A stretch of 59,503 nucleotides of DNA from Acidimicrobiia bacterium (lineage in GTDB: Bacteria > Actinomycetota > Acidimicrobiia > IMCC26256 > JBMOIW01). The stretch's first letter is position 1; each line of letters opens with the position of its first letter. The DNA lies in the NCBI GenBank assembly GCA_049317145.1, contig JBMOIW010000003.1:1-59503 (forward strand). The letters are read 5' to 3'. The notes below the pieces were generated by a model. It was not told the origin of the DNA and searched no databases. It saw only the letters and a list, made by a program, of their open reading frames with translations. The position numbers were made by a program, and so were the translations under genes. This document shows, in pieces, positions 9,096 through 19,196 of the stretch.

Positions 9096-9247
9096 TGCGA
9101 AATGGTAGCGACGCCCCCGCGGGATTCTGAACGGAGAATCCGCCCCGGTCTCGTTGACGCCCGCAAAGCCGGCGAGCCGGGGCGAATCGCCCAGCGAGAT
9201 CCGGGGTGCCTTGACTCGGGTGGAGGCCAGTCTTAATATCGCGTCAC

Positions 9248-9266
9248 TTATATCGATCCGATATAA
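9248..9266. promoter_or_regulatory. perfect palindrome TTATATCG-ATC-CGATATAA, probable PadR operator
   Basis: AT-rich 19-mer in a GC-rich context, 29 nt upstream of the PadR GTG, in the divergent DUF5318/PadR intergenic region. Confidence 0.5.
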
Positions 9267-9294
9267 ATTCCGAGATATCCCGCAGAGGAGCCCC

Positions 9295-9912
9295 GTGCTC
9301 GAGCTAGCGATCCTGGGCTTGGTATCCGAGCAGCCATTGCACGGCTACGAGCTCAAAAAGCGCCTCAGTGAACTGCTCGGCGCCCTGTGGGGGGTTTCCT
9401 ACGGATCGCTATATCCGGCGCTGCGCCGGCTCGAGCGCCAGGGCGCGATCGAAAACGTCGACCCAACCCTCATCCCCGCGCCTCGACCTACCGCGATCCC
9501 CGCAACCGGATCCCTGGCTGGCGAAGCCGCGGCGGCCCGGCGCGCCCGCCCCACGTTGGTCCCGCGCCGAGTGCGCAAGGCGTATCGCATCACGCCCACG
9601 GGCGAAGCGATGTTCACCCAACTCATGACCGCCGATAGCTCGGGGGATACCGACCGCGTCTTCGCCGTGAAACTCGCGTTCTTCGCCCGCCTCGACGCGC
9701 CCGCCCGCCTTACGGTGCTCGAACGTCATCACGCGGACTTGGCGGCACGCCGCGCCGCGGCGACACGAAGCCGCGGTCCGCTCATTGATCGATACGCCCG
9801 CGCGCTGCTTGAGCACCGCGCGTCGCTTACCGAACGCGACCTGCAATGGGTCGACGAACTCATCGCCGCCGAACTGGCCGGCGATTCCAACCATGAAGGA
9901 GTAACGGCATGA
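9295..9912 (+). CDS. PadR-family transcriptional regulator
   Basis: GTG 9295 preceded by AGAGGAG. N-terminus [23 protein letters not shown]...[14 protein letters not shown] is a PadR winged helix. 4-nt overlap with ino1. Confidence 0.8.
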   Translation: MLELAILGLVSEQPLHGYELKKRLSELLGALWGVSYGSLYPALRRLERQGAIENVDPTLIPAPRPTAIPATGSLAGEAAAARRARPTLVPRRVRKAYRITPTGEAMFTQLMTADSSGDTDRVFAVKLAFFARLDAPARLTVLERHHADLAARRAAATRSRGPLIDRYARALLEHRASLTERDLQWVDELIAAELAGDSNHEGVTA

Positions 9913-10979
9913 ACAAGGTCCGTGTTGCAATTGCGGGCGTCGGAAACTGCGCAAGCAGCCTCGTACAAGGCGTTGAGTACTACCGCAACGCTGACGCCAA
10001 CGAGGACGTGCCCGGTCTGATGCACGTCGACCTCGGCGGCTATCACGTCGGCGATGTGGAGTTCGTTGCGGCCTTTGATGTCGACGGGGCCAAGGTTGGC
10101 ATCGACCTCGGCAAGGCCATTTCGGCCGGTCCGAACAACACCATCCAGTTCGCCCAAGTAAGCGAACTGGGCGTCGAAGTGTTGCGCGGCCCCACGTTTG
10201 ACGGCCTCGGTGAGTATTACCGCGACATCGTCGAAGAGTCCCCTGCGGCTCCCGTCGATGTCGCGCAAGCGTTGCGGGACGCAAAGGCGGATGTGCTCGT
10301 GAGCTACCTCCCGGTCGGCTCCGAAGAAGCCCAGCGCTATTACGCGCAAGCCGCGATCGACGCGCACTGCGCGTTCGTAAACGCAATTCCCGTGTTCATT
10401 GCGTCCGACCCCGTTTGGGCGAAGAAGTTCGCCGACGCCGGTGTGCCAATCGTCGGTGACGACATCAAGAGCCAGGTGGGCGCAACGATCGTGCACCGCA
10501 TCTTGACCCGCCTCTTCGAAGACCGTGGCGCCGAAATCGACAACACGTATCAGCTCAACTTCGGCGGCAACATGGACTTCAAGAACATGCTGGAGCGCAA
10601 GCGCCTCGCCTCGAAGAAGGTCTCGAAGACCCAAGCAGTGACAAGCCAGCTCGATCACGAGATGCCAAGCGAGCGCGTCCACATCGGACCATCGGACCAT
10701 GTGCCGTGGCTCCAGGACCGCAAATGGGCCTACATCCGCCTCGAGGGTCGCAACTTCGGGGATGTGCCCATGAGTGTGGAGCTCAAACTCGAAGTGTGGG
10801 ACTCCCCGAACTCGGCCGGCGTGATCATTGACGCAGTGCGCTGCGCCAAGCTCGCACTCGACCGGGGAATGGGCGGCCCGCTCGAAGGCGCATCGGCCTA
10901 CTTCATGAAGAGCCCGGCCAAACAATTCACTGATGACGAAGCCCGCGAACTCGTCGAGGCCTTCATCGCCGGAGAATAA
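9909..10979 (+). CDS. ino1: inositol-3-phosphate synthase
   Basis: 356 aa. [23 protein letters not shown]-terminus and overall actinobacterial Ino1 look. Confidence 0.9.
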   Translation: MNKVRVAIAGVGNCASSLVQGVEYYRNADANEDVPGLMHVDLGGYHVGDVEFVAAFDVDGAKVGIDLGKAISAGPNNTIQFAQVSELGVEVLRGPTFDGLGEYYRDIVEESPAAPVDVAQALRDAKADVLVSYLPVGSEEAQRYYAQAAIDAHCAFVNAIPVFIASDPVWAKKFADAGVPIVGDDIKSQVGATIVHRILTRLFEDRGAEIDNTYQLNFGGNMDFKNMLERKRLASKKVSKTQAVTSQLDHEMPSERVHIGPSDHVPWLQDRKWAYIRLEGRNFGDVPMSVELKLEVWDSPNSAGVIIDAVRCAKLALDRGMGGPLEGASAYFMKSPAKQFTDDEARELVEAFIAGE

Positions 10980-11006
10980 CCCACGCCGTATTGCCAAATC
11001 TTTCCG

Positions 11007-11031
11007 GTGGGGGTGCGTCATGCGCCCCCAC
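11007..11031 (+). terminator. GC-rich hairpin after ino1 (10-bp stem with one G-U pair, 5-nt loop), no T tract
   Basis: GTGGGGGTGC-GTCAT-GCGCCCCCAC, read directly. It overlaps the first possible start of the next ORF. Confidence 0.3.
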
Positions 11032-11720
11032 TGACGCGTTCGGCCCCGGAAATCACCTGGTGGGGAAAATCTGCGGTTGCCGATTGCGGCGTGAGTCTTT
11101 ATACCTATACCGATGGGTGGCGCCGGACTGGGTGCCCGCAAACGGAGTGGGGCCCGCGGACCGTGCCGAACAAATCCACCGATCACTCCAACCAAGACCT
11201 GCGCCGCAGGTCATACGTCGGTCAAGACCTTCGGGGACGCACGTTTCGTGCCACCCTCTTGCGTGGTGCAGATTTCCGCGGCTGCGATCTTCGGGGAGTG
11301 AGCTTTGAAGGCGCAGACCTCCGAGGTGTGCAATTCAATGATGCCGACCTGCGCGAGACCGACTTCCGCGGAACATTCCTGAGCGAAGCAATCTTTGATG
11401 ATGCCGACCTGCGCAAGGCCAGGCTGGACTGGGCTGTGGTCAAGAACGCCTCATTTGCCCGCGCGAACGTCGCCGAGGCGAGCTTCCGCTTTGCGACGTA
11501 CCTGACCCGACCGCAACTCGAAGAAACCTACGACTGGGATTCGGTGGCCCTCACCGTGATCGGCGTCGAGCACCTGCTCAACGACGACCTCGCCGACGCG
11601 CTTGCGATGCTTCGAGCGCAGCACATTGAGTCCGAAACTCCGGCGGCGATCGGAACGATCTTCGACGACGCCATGCGCAAGCGAGCAAGCGATTCCGCGT
11701 CCCAACCATTCTCGCGTTAG
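11007..11720 (+). CDS. pentapeptide-repeat protein (start uncertain; in-frame GTG 11091 or 11163 more likely)
   Basis: Tandem A(D/N)LXX units: ADFRGCDLRGVSFEGADLRGVQFNDADLRETDFRG... The 5' end of the ORF lies inside the ino1 hairpin. Confidence 0.7.
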   Translation: MGVRHAPPLTRSAPEITWWGKSAVADCGVSLYTYTDGWRRTGCPQTEWGPRTVPNKSTDHSNQDLRRRSYVGQDLRGRTFRATLLRGADFRGCDLRGVSFEGADLRGVQFNDADLRETDFRGTFLSEAIFDDADLRKARLDWAVVKNASFARANVAEASFRFATYLTRPQLEETYDWDSVALTVIGVEHLLNDDLADALAMLRAQHIESETPAAIGTIFDDAMRKRASDSASQPFSR

Positions 11721-11830
11721 CGCGTTTGTGACCACGCGGCACCGCAACCAACAAGAGTCGAACCACCATTGCACCGAGGAATACGGTTGCGAGCGATAAC
11801 ACAACAACAAGCACAGCGAGGCGATCACCC

Positions 11831-12409
11831 ATGAAGCTCTGTTCACCGGAAGACGTCGAGGCATACGCAGTTGCTCAGGAGGTGATCTACAACGCCGAGG
11901 TGAAAGCACTGGACTTTTCGCACCGACAGCTCGAAGGCTTGCGGGCGCGCCATACCACCTTTGCAGATTCGGTCTTCGTCGAAACAGTTATGCGCAATGC
12001 GAACGTTGTCGACTCATGGTTTCCGCGAGTGAATGCGGAGGGCGCAGAATTCTCCGGGGCGACACTGACCCGATCATCGTTTCCACGCGCGGTGCTCCGA
12101 CGCGCGCGCTTTGTTGGCGCAAATTGCAACGGCGTTGACTTCGCCGGCTCGGACCTCACCGATGTGGACTTCACCGACACCAACCTCGAAGATGCCAAGT
12201 TCTGGTACGCAATGGTGACCATCGAAGCGTTACAGCGCAGTCGCAACTGGGATGAGATAAAGCACACTGTCCGCGGCATCACGCATTTGCTGGCGAAAGA
12301 AGCAAAGACCTTGCCGGCAGGAGATCCGATTCAGACGATCTTCACCGAGGCGATCCAGGCACGCAACGCAACCAACACCACCGGCTTGCCCCACACCCGA
12401 ACGCAGTAA
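11831..12409 (+). CDS. pentapeptide-repeat protein
   Basis: 192 aa. Repeats ANVVDSWFPRVNAEGAEFSGATLTRSSFPRAVLRRARFVGANCNGVDFAGSDLTDVDFTDTNLEDAKF. Confidence 0.75.
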   Translation: MKLCSPEDVEAYAVAQEVIYNAEVKALDFSHRQLEGLRARHTTFADSVFVETVMRNANVVDSWFPRVNAEGAEFSGATLTRSSFPRAVLRRARFVGANCNGVDFAGSDLTDVDFTDTNLEDAKFWYAMVTIEALQRSRNWDEIKHTVRGITHLLAKEAKTLPAGDPIQTIFTEAIQARNATNTTGLPHTRTQ

Positions 12410-12433
12410 TTCCTCGGCCCACTCCCTAGGCTG

Positions 12434-13120
12434 TTGGCGATGCCTGACGCCGACCACGCACCCTCGCCACTTCGCGCAGCATGGCACGGCCTGTGGCGGC
12501 ATGCACTCCGGCGCCCGAAAGCTTCTCCGATCGTTCCGCCCGACCTTGCTGAGGCCGCAGTAGCACTCGCGCACGCGCAGCGAGCGTTTGTTGGGATCTA
12601 TCCCTCGGCGAACCGGGTTTGTTTCATTGCCGTACCGAGCACCGGTGCAGAGGTTCCCGCCCCGGCGCAACACGGATTGCCGTTTGCGCCGACCGCCATC
12701 ACGGTGTCCACCGGTTTCGAAATCGCACGACCCGTAGACCTCGTGGGATTCGCAGACGACGGCACTGCGGACTCCGCGACACTTGCGCTGCTCTTGCAAC
12801 GCGCACACGCCGCGCTCGAACCCGGTGGATGGTGCTGCGTCGACGTCGTCAATGACGCTGCGGCGCAACTCGTTGGCGCGGATGCCCTTTGGCCTACGGG
12901 GACTGGCGCGGCGTGTAGCGCCGCGGCGCTGCGCACCCGGTGTCAGCGCGTCGGGTTCGAAGTCACCCACGCGTTCGGACTCGGCTACCTCGCGCGCTCG
13001 ATCGAACGGGGTGTGATCATCCCGGCGGAATTAGTGAGGAACGCCGGGGTGTTTGTGGAACCCGAATCCTGCGCACGTCTCGGTTACCTCTGTCGCAAGC
13101 CCCTCGATACCCAGGCCTGA
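12434..13120 (+). CDS. methyltransferase-fold paralogue lacking a recognisable SAM motif I
   Basis: C-terminal half aligns by eye with the 13870..14940 product (LEPGGWCCVDV / LRPGGWLCIDT; VGFEVTHAFGLG / VGFEVTGAFGIG; both end in RKPL). No xLDxGxG loop seen. Confidence 0.5.
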   Translation: MAMPDADHAPSPLRAAWHGLWRHALRRPKASPIVPPDLAEAAVALAHAQRAFVGIYPSANRVCFIAVPSTGAEVPAPAQHGLPFAPTAITVSTGFEIARPVDLVGFADDGTADSATLALLLQRAHAALEPGGWCCVDVVNDAAAQLVGADALWPTGTGAACSAAALRTRCQRVGFEVTHAFGLGYLARSIERGVIIPAELVRNAGVFVEPESCARLGYLCRKPLDTQA

Positions 13121-13157
13121 CGCTTCACGAGCAAGCGTCGTGGGGTAGACATTCCCC

Positions 13158-13853
13158 ATGATGATTGATCGACGCGAATCCGCAACCGATGTCGTGCGTT
13201 ACGGACCCGATGTCCCTACCGAGCGCGAGCTGCGCCTCTTGGGTGATGTCACTGGCAAACGCGTTCTGGACCTAGGCGCTGGCAACGGGCAAGCCGGAAT
13301 CGCGTTCGCCAAACAGGGGGCGACCGTGCTTGCGGTTGATCCCTCCAAGGATGCCGTCGCCGAGGGGCGTCGTGCCGCCGAACGCGAGGATGCGCGCATC
13401 GAATGGCATGTGTGCGACCTCGCAGACCTCGCGTTCTTGCGCGCCGACTCGATCGATCTTGCATTCAGCGCGCAAGCGCTTGCGGAAACTGACGATTTGG
13501 GTCGCGTGTTCCGTCAGGTCCATCGCGTGTTGCGTCCGAACGCGCCGCTCGTGTTCTCGTACGACCACCCGATGGCGCTCTGCGTGGCGCGCGATGGCGG
13601 CGATGCTGCGCCGGGTGCGCTCCCGCTCGGCACGCTCACCGTGCGCCGCTCGTGGTTTGATCCAACGCCCCGTACGAGCGAACGACAAGGTGCCACCCAT
13701 ACGATTTATCCGCGCAGCATCTCGGATTTGTTCTCGCAACTTGGGCGAGCAGGATTCCGGGTCGACACGCTGCTCGAACCAGCACCCACAAGCGAGCCCA
13801 ACCCGTTGATTCCTGCGACCGTGGTCATCCGCGCCCGCAAAGAAGGTTCGTAG
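13158..13853 (+). CDS. class I SAM-dependent methyltransferase
   Basis: 231 aa. Motif I VLDLGAGNGQAGIAFAKQGATVLAVDPS, post-I acidic residue, motif II/III DLAFSAQAL...VLRPNAPLVF. Confidence 0.8.
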   Translation: MMIDRRESATDVVRYGPDVPTERELRLLGDVTGKRVLDLGAGNGQAGIAFAKQGATVLAVDPSKDAVAEGRRAAEREDARIEWHVCDLADLAFLRADSIDLAFSAQALAETDDLGRVFRQVHRVLRPNAPLVFSYDHPMALCVARDGGDAAPGALPLGTLTVRRSWFDPTPRTSERQGATHTIYPRSISDLFSQLGRAGFRVDTLLEPAPTSEPNPLIPATVVIRARKEGS

Positions 13854-13869
13854 CGATTCCTCGCCGATC

Positions 13870-14940
13870 ATGCTGAGGCGCATTCATAGCGAACCGAACA
13901 TGTCACCTGACAGGCCGACAACACCGGTCATAGACTTCGACGCCGTGACGTCACCTCGATCGGCCTCATCGTTCACCGGTTTCCGCAGTTCCGGAATGCG
14001 GGTTGTGCGCCAATTGCTGCACGACACTCCGATCCTGCTGCGAACGATCAACCCGTTCTCCGGTACACGCAACATTCGCAAAGCATCGCCCCGCCGCTTC
14101 GTGCGCGCGGCATACCAAATTGTTCTTCGCCGCCCAGCAGACCCGGACGGGCTCGCCAACTACGCCGAGCACCTCAAAGCAGGTCGCCTCACCCCCGACG
14201 GCGTAATCGATGAGCTCGCGAGCTCCATGGAGTACCGAGAGAACCGTCCGCACCGGAATGTGCTGCGCGCACTTCACCAGGGGCGCTGTGATTTTGTGCA
14301 GATGTACCCGCCGGCACGTCGGATTCTCGACCTCGGCGGTACGGACCAGCAGAACCCCTGCGGATCAACGGTATCGATGGGATACCCGTACGGTTTCGAC
14401 GAGCTCATCATCGTGGACCTCCCGCACGACGAGCGTCACGATCTCTACACCCTTAGTGATCGCTCCGACGACATCAAAACCGAGCTTGGTCTCGTGCACT
14501 ACGAGTACCACTCGATGGTGGACCTCTCCCGCTATGCCGATGAGAGCTTCGACTTGGTAATCAGCGGGCAGAGCATCGAACACATCACCGAAGCCGAGGG
14601 GATGCAGTCGATGGCCGACGCGTTCCGTGTCCTGCGCCCGGGCGGCTGGCTGTGTATTGACACGCCGAATCGACGGGCAACCCGGGTACAAGTGGGCGAC
14701 GAGTACTTCACCAACCCCGACCACAAACTCGAATACACCGCCGAGCAGCTCCAGTCGCTCCTCGAACAAGTCGGATTCGAAGTCACCGGAGCATTCGGAA
14801 TTGGTCTCGTCGCCGAATCAATTGCTTCCGGCGAATTCGATCCGGTGGAACTCGCCACGCATTACGGGGTGTACGCCGCGCCGGCGGATTGCTACTTCCT
14901 CGCCTACCAGGCCCGCAAGCCTCTTACCGCAACGCGCTAA
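13870..14940 (+). CDS. DUF4214-like N-terminal domain fused to a SAM-dependent methyltransferase domain
   Basis: AYQIVLRRPADPDGLANYAEHLKAGRLTPDGVIDELASSMEY resembles DUF4214. Then ILDLGG..., FDLVISGQSIEHI and LRPGGWLCIDTPN. Confidence 0.7.
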   Translation: MLRRIHSEPNMSPDRPTTPVIDFDAVTSPRSASSFTGFRSSGMRVVRQLLHDTPILLRTINPFSGTRNIRKASPRRFVRAAYQIVLRRPADPDGLANYAEHLKAGRLTPDGVIDELASSMEYRENRPHRNVLRALHQGRCDFVQMYPPARRILDLGGTDQQNPCGSTVSMGYPYGFDELIIVDLPHDERHDLYTLSDRSDDIKTELGLVHYEYHSMVDLSRYADESFDLVISGQSIEHITEAEGMQSMADAFRVLRPGGWLCIDTPNRRATRVQVGDEYFTNPDHKLEYTAEQLQSLLEQVGFEVTGAFGIGLVAESIASGEFDPVELATHYGVYAAPADCYFLAYQARKPLTATR

Positions 14941-16397
14941 CTGCGCGTACCGGTTGGGACAATTCCTCGGGCGCGTGCCCACGCGTCGAGCCGGTTGTAC
15001 GCATCGTCCGGTTCGATCGGGCCTTCCTCGATGCGCGCTTCGAGCAAGAACTCCAACGCTTCACCCACGACGGGGCCAGGGGTGACACCGAGAAACGCGA
15101 TCACGGCGCGACCGTCAATCGGCGGTCGCAGCTTGTCGAGCTCCTCTTGCTCGCGAAGCTCTGCGATACGCGACTCAAGTTCGTTCATTCGATCATCGAG
15201 TGCTTGCGCTCGCGCCTTGCTTCGAGTCGTACAGTCGCAGCGCTGTAGGTGGTTGAGTTGATCGAGCAGTGGTCCGGCGTCGCGTACGTACCGGCGCACC
15301 GCGCTATCGGTCCATCCCATTGCGTACGTATGGATCCGGAGGTGCAGATAGACCAACTTGGTCACGTCGTCGACGATCTCGTTGGAATATCGCAACGCGC
15401 GCAGGCGCTGCTCGCACATGCGCGCGCCAACCACTTCGTGATGATGGAACTGCACTCCGTTGGGCCCATAGGCGCGCGTTTTGGGTTTGCCGACGTCGTG
15501 CATCAACGCCGCCAAACGCACTACGAGCTCGGGACGCGTCTTGGCGACTACGGCAATCGTGTGCGTGAGCACGTCCTTGTGGCGGTGTACCGGATCCTGT
15601 TCGAGGCGCATGTTGTTGAGTTCCGGAAGGAACTCGTCGGAAAGCCCGGTGCGCGCCAGAAACCACAGGCCCGGGCTCGGGTCGTCCGCAACGAGGAGCT
15701 TCGAGAGCTCGTCACGGATGCGTTCGGCGCTGACGATTTCGAGTCGTCCGCGCAACCGTTCGACCGCCTGAGTGAGTTCTTCGACTGGCGTCACGCCGAA
15801 CGCAGCAATGAAACGCGCCGCGCGCAACATGCGCAGTGGATCATCCTCAAAACTGATGTCCGGCGAAAGCGGCGTACGCAACACTCCGCTCGCCAGGTCG
15901 GCGGCACCACCGAACGGGTCGACCAGCATTGGTTCGGGAAGCGCGAGTGCCATTGCGTTGATGGTGAAGTCACGCCGTGACAGGTCCGTCGTGATGTCGT
16001 CGGAGTATTCGACAACCGGCTTGCGGCTGTCGGATCGATACACCTCGGCGCGAAACGTGGTGATCTCCATTTTCACGCCGGCCTTCTCGCAACCAACGGT
16101 GCCGAACGCCTCCCCCTGCAACCACACGGCGTCGGCCCAACCATTCACCGCTTCTTTGATTGCCTCCGGGCGCGCGTTGGTCGTGAAGTCCACATCGTCG
16201 CTTGGCCTGTCGAGCAACGCATCGCGCACGCTGCCCCCCACGATGTAGGCCTCGAACCCGCGATCCTGCAACCGCTGAGCCAGGGCGCGCACCGGCGAGT
16301 CAGCATCGAGATAGCGGGCGAGTCGGGCAGGTAGCACGAGGGCATTCTTGCGGGAATGGCCTCGGCCCCGTCGAGGTCCGGGCCCGAAGCGACACAA
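14937..16397 (-). CDS. cca: CCA tRNA nucleotidyltransferase (PolyA-pol head plus HD domain)
   Basis: YIVGGSVRDALLDRPSDDVDFTT and RRDFTINAMA head motifs; HD-domain HDVGKP. Alternative GTG start at 16337. Confidence 0.85.
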   Translation of the reverse strand: MCRFGPGPRRGRGHSRKNALVLPARLARYLDADSPVRALAQRLQDRGFEAYIVGGSVRDALLDRPSDDVDFTTNARPEAIKEAVNGWADAVWLQGEAFGTVGCEKAGVKMEITTFRAEVYRSDSRKPVVEYSDDITTDLSRRDFTINAMALALPEPMLVDPFGGAADLASGVLRTPLSPDISFEDDPLRMLRAARFIAAFGVTPVEELTQAVERLRGRLEIVSAERIRDELSKLLVADDPSPGLWFLARTGLSDEFLPELNNMRLEQDPVHRHKDVLTHTIAVVAKTRPELVVRLAALMHDVGKPKTRAYGPNGVQFHHHEVVGARMCEQRLRALRYSNEIVDDVTKLVYLHLRIHTYAMGWTDSAVRRYVRDAGPLLDQLNHLQRCDCTTRSKARAQALDDRMNELESRIAELREQEELDKLRPPIDGRAVIAFLGVTPGPVVGEALEFLLEARIEEGPIEPDDAYNRLDAWARARGIVPTGTRS

Positions 16398-16458
16398 ATC
16401 CCCCGCCCGGACCGGCGGCGGGCCCCGGAACTACGCTGGTTACAACCCACTTGCGCCC

Positions 16459-17178
16459 ATGCCTGGACCCGTTCTCCTTCCCCGCTCCACAAGCCGCACC
16501 CTGCGCTGGCCCGGCGGTAGCGCGCGCCTTGCACCGTGGCATGGCCGCAGTGACATTGCTTCCCTGACGATGGCCGCCTCCCGGGCGCCCAGCGCTTCCC
16601 TCGTGGAACGGGGCCTCGAATGGCTGCGCCGCGCTGGATACGCCACGGTGATCACCAACGCCCTTGGCCCCAACGACGTCGGCCCGTTCATGGCCACCGG
16701 GTTTGGTGAGCGGGAACGACTGCACCTCTTGCAACACGACCTCACCGCGCTCGTTCGTCCCGCCCTGCGAACCCGTCGGGTGTCGCGTCGACGCACCAAC
16801 GAAGTGCTCGAACTCGACCAACAATGTTTCGATCGCTTCTGGGCATTCGATACGGCAAGCCTCAACGAAGCGTTACGCGCTACGCCACAACGTCGGTTCC
16901 GCGTTATTCGCGCCCACCACACGTTGCTCGGCTACGCAATTACTGGGCGCGCCGGGAAACAGGGGTACATCCAACGCATCGGGGTTGCCGATGCGGCGCG
17001 CCAACACGGCATCGGAACTGCGCTCGTTGCTGATGCCCTGCACTGGCTGCGCGCCCACGGCGTGGCACGCGCATTGGTGAACACCCAACATGGCAATACG
17101 GCGGCACTGCGCCTCTACGAGCGCTGTGGCTTCACGCTGCTCCCCGTGGAGCTCGCGGTGTTGGAGCGCAGCCTGTGA
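16459..17178 (+). CDS. GNAT-family N-acetyltransferase
   Basis: YIQRIGVADAARQHGIGTALVADALHWLRAHG...RLYERCGF is the acetyl-CoA motif A/B. ATG 16459 chosen because the longer ORF overlaps the cca 5' end. Confidence 0.7.
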   Translation: MPGPVLLPRSTSRTLRWPGGSARLAPWHGRSDIASLTMAASRAPSASLVERGLEWLRRAGYATVITNALGPNDVGPFMATGFGERERLHLLQHDLTALVRPALRTRRVSRRRTNEVLELDQQCFDRFWAFDTASLNEALRATPQRRFRVIRAHHTLLGYAITGRAGKQGYIQRIGVADAARQHGIGTALVADALHWLRAHGVARALVNTQHGNTAALRLYERCGFTLLPVELAVLERSL

Positions 17179-19196
17179 GCCGCGGGAACCGCTGGAGCTG
17201 CGGGGCTGCGGCTGCAACGTTGGCGCTCGTCACGCTCGCAGTGGTGCCTTCTTTGGCACTGCCCGCCGCCGCGGCGAGCGAACCCGAGGTGGTCTTAAGC
17301 GCCCAGGCCCCGGTCGTTGGCCTCGGAGCCGACTTTGCCTTCGATGTGCGCGGCACCAACATCGAGGCCGACACCACGTTGCGTACGACGATCTATGAAC
17401 GGGTTGTCACCCGCAGTGCATTCGACCGCATGCTCGACGGTCGCAACTTCGGCGCAACCATCGCACGCGCAACTACGGCGCTGCCCGCAGGGAGCACAAC
17501 CACGACGATCACGCTCCCGTTATACGGATCGGCAACACCTGGGCCAACGCTCAACATCACGCAGGTCGGCGTGTACCCAGTTCGCGTCGAGTCCACGCGC
17601 GTCGGTGGCCCCGTACGCGAAGCATTCACGACCTTCCTCGTCACCACGCCTGCAAGCACTCCACCCGTCGGCGAGCCGCTCGAGGTTGCCACCGTTGTCT
17701 CGATCCAAGCGAACCCCGCGGTTGGCGCCGACGGCAACGTTGAGCCCAAGGCGGTCGAACAACGAACTCCCGCCGGCACATTGGGCCGGCTGGTATCGGG
17801 AGTGGCCCGCCAAACGCAAACGCCGATGACCCTGTCTGTCGGTGGGGAAACGATCGCCAGTTGGGCCGGGCTCGCCGCCAACAACCGCGAGGTTGCCTCC
17901 ACACTGGGCGAACTCCAGCGCGCGGCAACGGCAGTGAATGTCGTGCCGTCAACCTTCGTCCCCATTGACGCGCCGTCGCTTCGCGCTGCGGGATTTGGCG
18001 ACCTTGTTGCCGACGAATACGCGCGCGGTTTTGATGCAGTGGGTGACGCACTCCAAACCCGCGTCGATGCGCGCACTGCCATCCCAACAGCACTCGACGC
18101 CGGAACATTGGAATTGCTCGGCACGCGCGGTATCGATCAACTCGTTGTCGATCCCCTTGCATTGCAACCGATCGCAGCGCGACTCACGCCCGCTCGTCCA
18201 TTCCTTCTCAACAGCGCCGACCGTCAGTTCCGCGCGATTGCATTCGATCGCGGCCTCGCCGCCGCAACGGCGACCCCTGGCTCAGTTGCGCGCGCCCAAC
18301 GACTGCTCGCCGGCATGACCTTGGTTGCCCTCGAGGCGCCCAATGTCCGCCGAGGGATCGCGGTCGCGTTACCGGCAGATCTCGATGCCGACGCCGCGTT
18401 CTACGACACGCTCTTTGTGGGATTGCGCACCTCACCGTTCCTCAAACCCGCCACCGTCGACCGACTCTTCGAGGACGTACCGCTCGACGCCACCACAGCC
18501 GGGCCGTTGGAACGCAACCTTGCACCAGCAGCACTCAGCGCCCCCACCATCACCAGCAGCGAGTTAGATCGCAGTCGCGCCCATGCCGCAGCAATCGAGA
18601 GCATCTTGGGCCCCCAAGACGCGCGCGTTGTCATGGCAAAAAACGCGCTGGTGATCGCGCCAACCTCGCTGTGGACTGACACCGCGGGTCGCCGACGCGC
18701 CGCTGATGAACTTGCGCGCGTAGATCGTGCGCTCAGTGACGCCGCGAAGCTCATTCGCGCTCCCGCAAATCGTACGTTTCAGTTAACCGGCCGCAAAGAT
18801 CGCATCCCGTTGACATTTGTCAACGATGCAGATCGTGCAGTGCAAGTGCGCGTGATATTCGACGGCAGTCGCATCGCATTTCCCGATGGTGCCGATCGTG
18901 TGATCGAGCTGCCGGCGAATCGCAGCACCACGATTTCGGTTCCGGTCGAACCGCGAACCTCGGGCACATATCCGTTCCGTTTGGTTGTGCAGTCCGTGGA
19001 CGGGAACGTGCAGCTCGCATCGAGTCGACTTACCGTCAACGCCACGGCCGTCTCCGGTGCCGGGCTCTTCCTCGCCGGCGGGGCTGGACTATTCCTCGCC
19101 GCCTGGTGGGGCAGATATGCGTGGAAGCGTCGGAAACGGCGACCGGTTCCGTCGGCCCCGACGCCGGTAACCGAGCCGCTCGAGCGCAGCGCATGA
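17175..19196 (+). CDS. large secreted, C-terminally membrane-anchored conserved protein (DUF6049 / Rv3909-like by position)
   Basis: 673 aa. N-terminal signal peptide (AAAATLALVTLAVVPSLALPAAAAS) and C-terminal TM plus KRRKRR. GTGA overlap with the GNAT gene and ATGA overlap with murJ. The family call rests mainly on synteny. Confidence 0.55.
   Translation: MSRGNRWSCGAAAATLALVTLAVVPSLALPAAAASEPEVVLSAQAPVVGLGADFAFDVRGTNIEADTTLRTTIYERVVTRSAFDRMLDGRNFGATIARATTALPAGSTTTTITLPLYGSATPGPTLNITQVGVYPVRVESTRVGGPVREAFTTFLVTTPASTPPVGEPLEVATVVSIQANPAVGADGNVEPKAVEQRTPAGTLGRLVSGVARQTQTPMTLSVGGETIASWAGLAANNREVASTLGELQRAATAVNVVPSTFVPIDAPSLRAAGFGDLVADEYARGFDAVGDALQTRVDARTAIPTALDAGTLELLGTRGIDQLVVDPLALQPIAARLTPARPFLLNSADRQFRAIAFDRGLAAATATPGSVARAQRLLAGMTLVALEAPNVRRGIAVALPADLDADAAFYDTLFVGLRTSPFLKPATVDRLFEDVPLDATTAGPLERNLAPAALSAPTITSSELDRSRAHAAAIESILGPQDARVVMAKNALVIAPTSLWTDTAGRRRAADELARVDRALSDAAKLIRAPANRTFQLTGRKDRIPLTFVNDADRAVQVRVIFDGSRIAFPDGADRVIELPANRSTTISVPVEPRTSGTYPFRLVVQSVDGNVQLASSRLTVNATAVSGAGLFLAGGAGLFLAAWWGRYAWKRRKRRPVPSAPTPVTEPLERSA

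Noticed and set aside
9729-11195. 488-aa minus-strand ORF (and the 325-aa ORF 9409..10386) covering PadR/ino1
   Set aside because: It is antisense to the well-supported ino1 and PadR genes. The translation is Arg/Gly/Ala-rich low complexity, typical of shadow ORFs in GC-rich DNA. No motifs.
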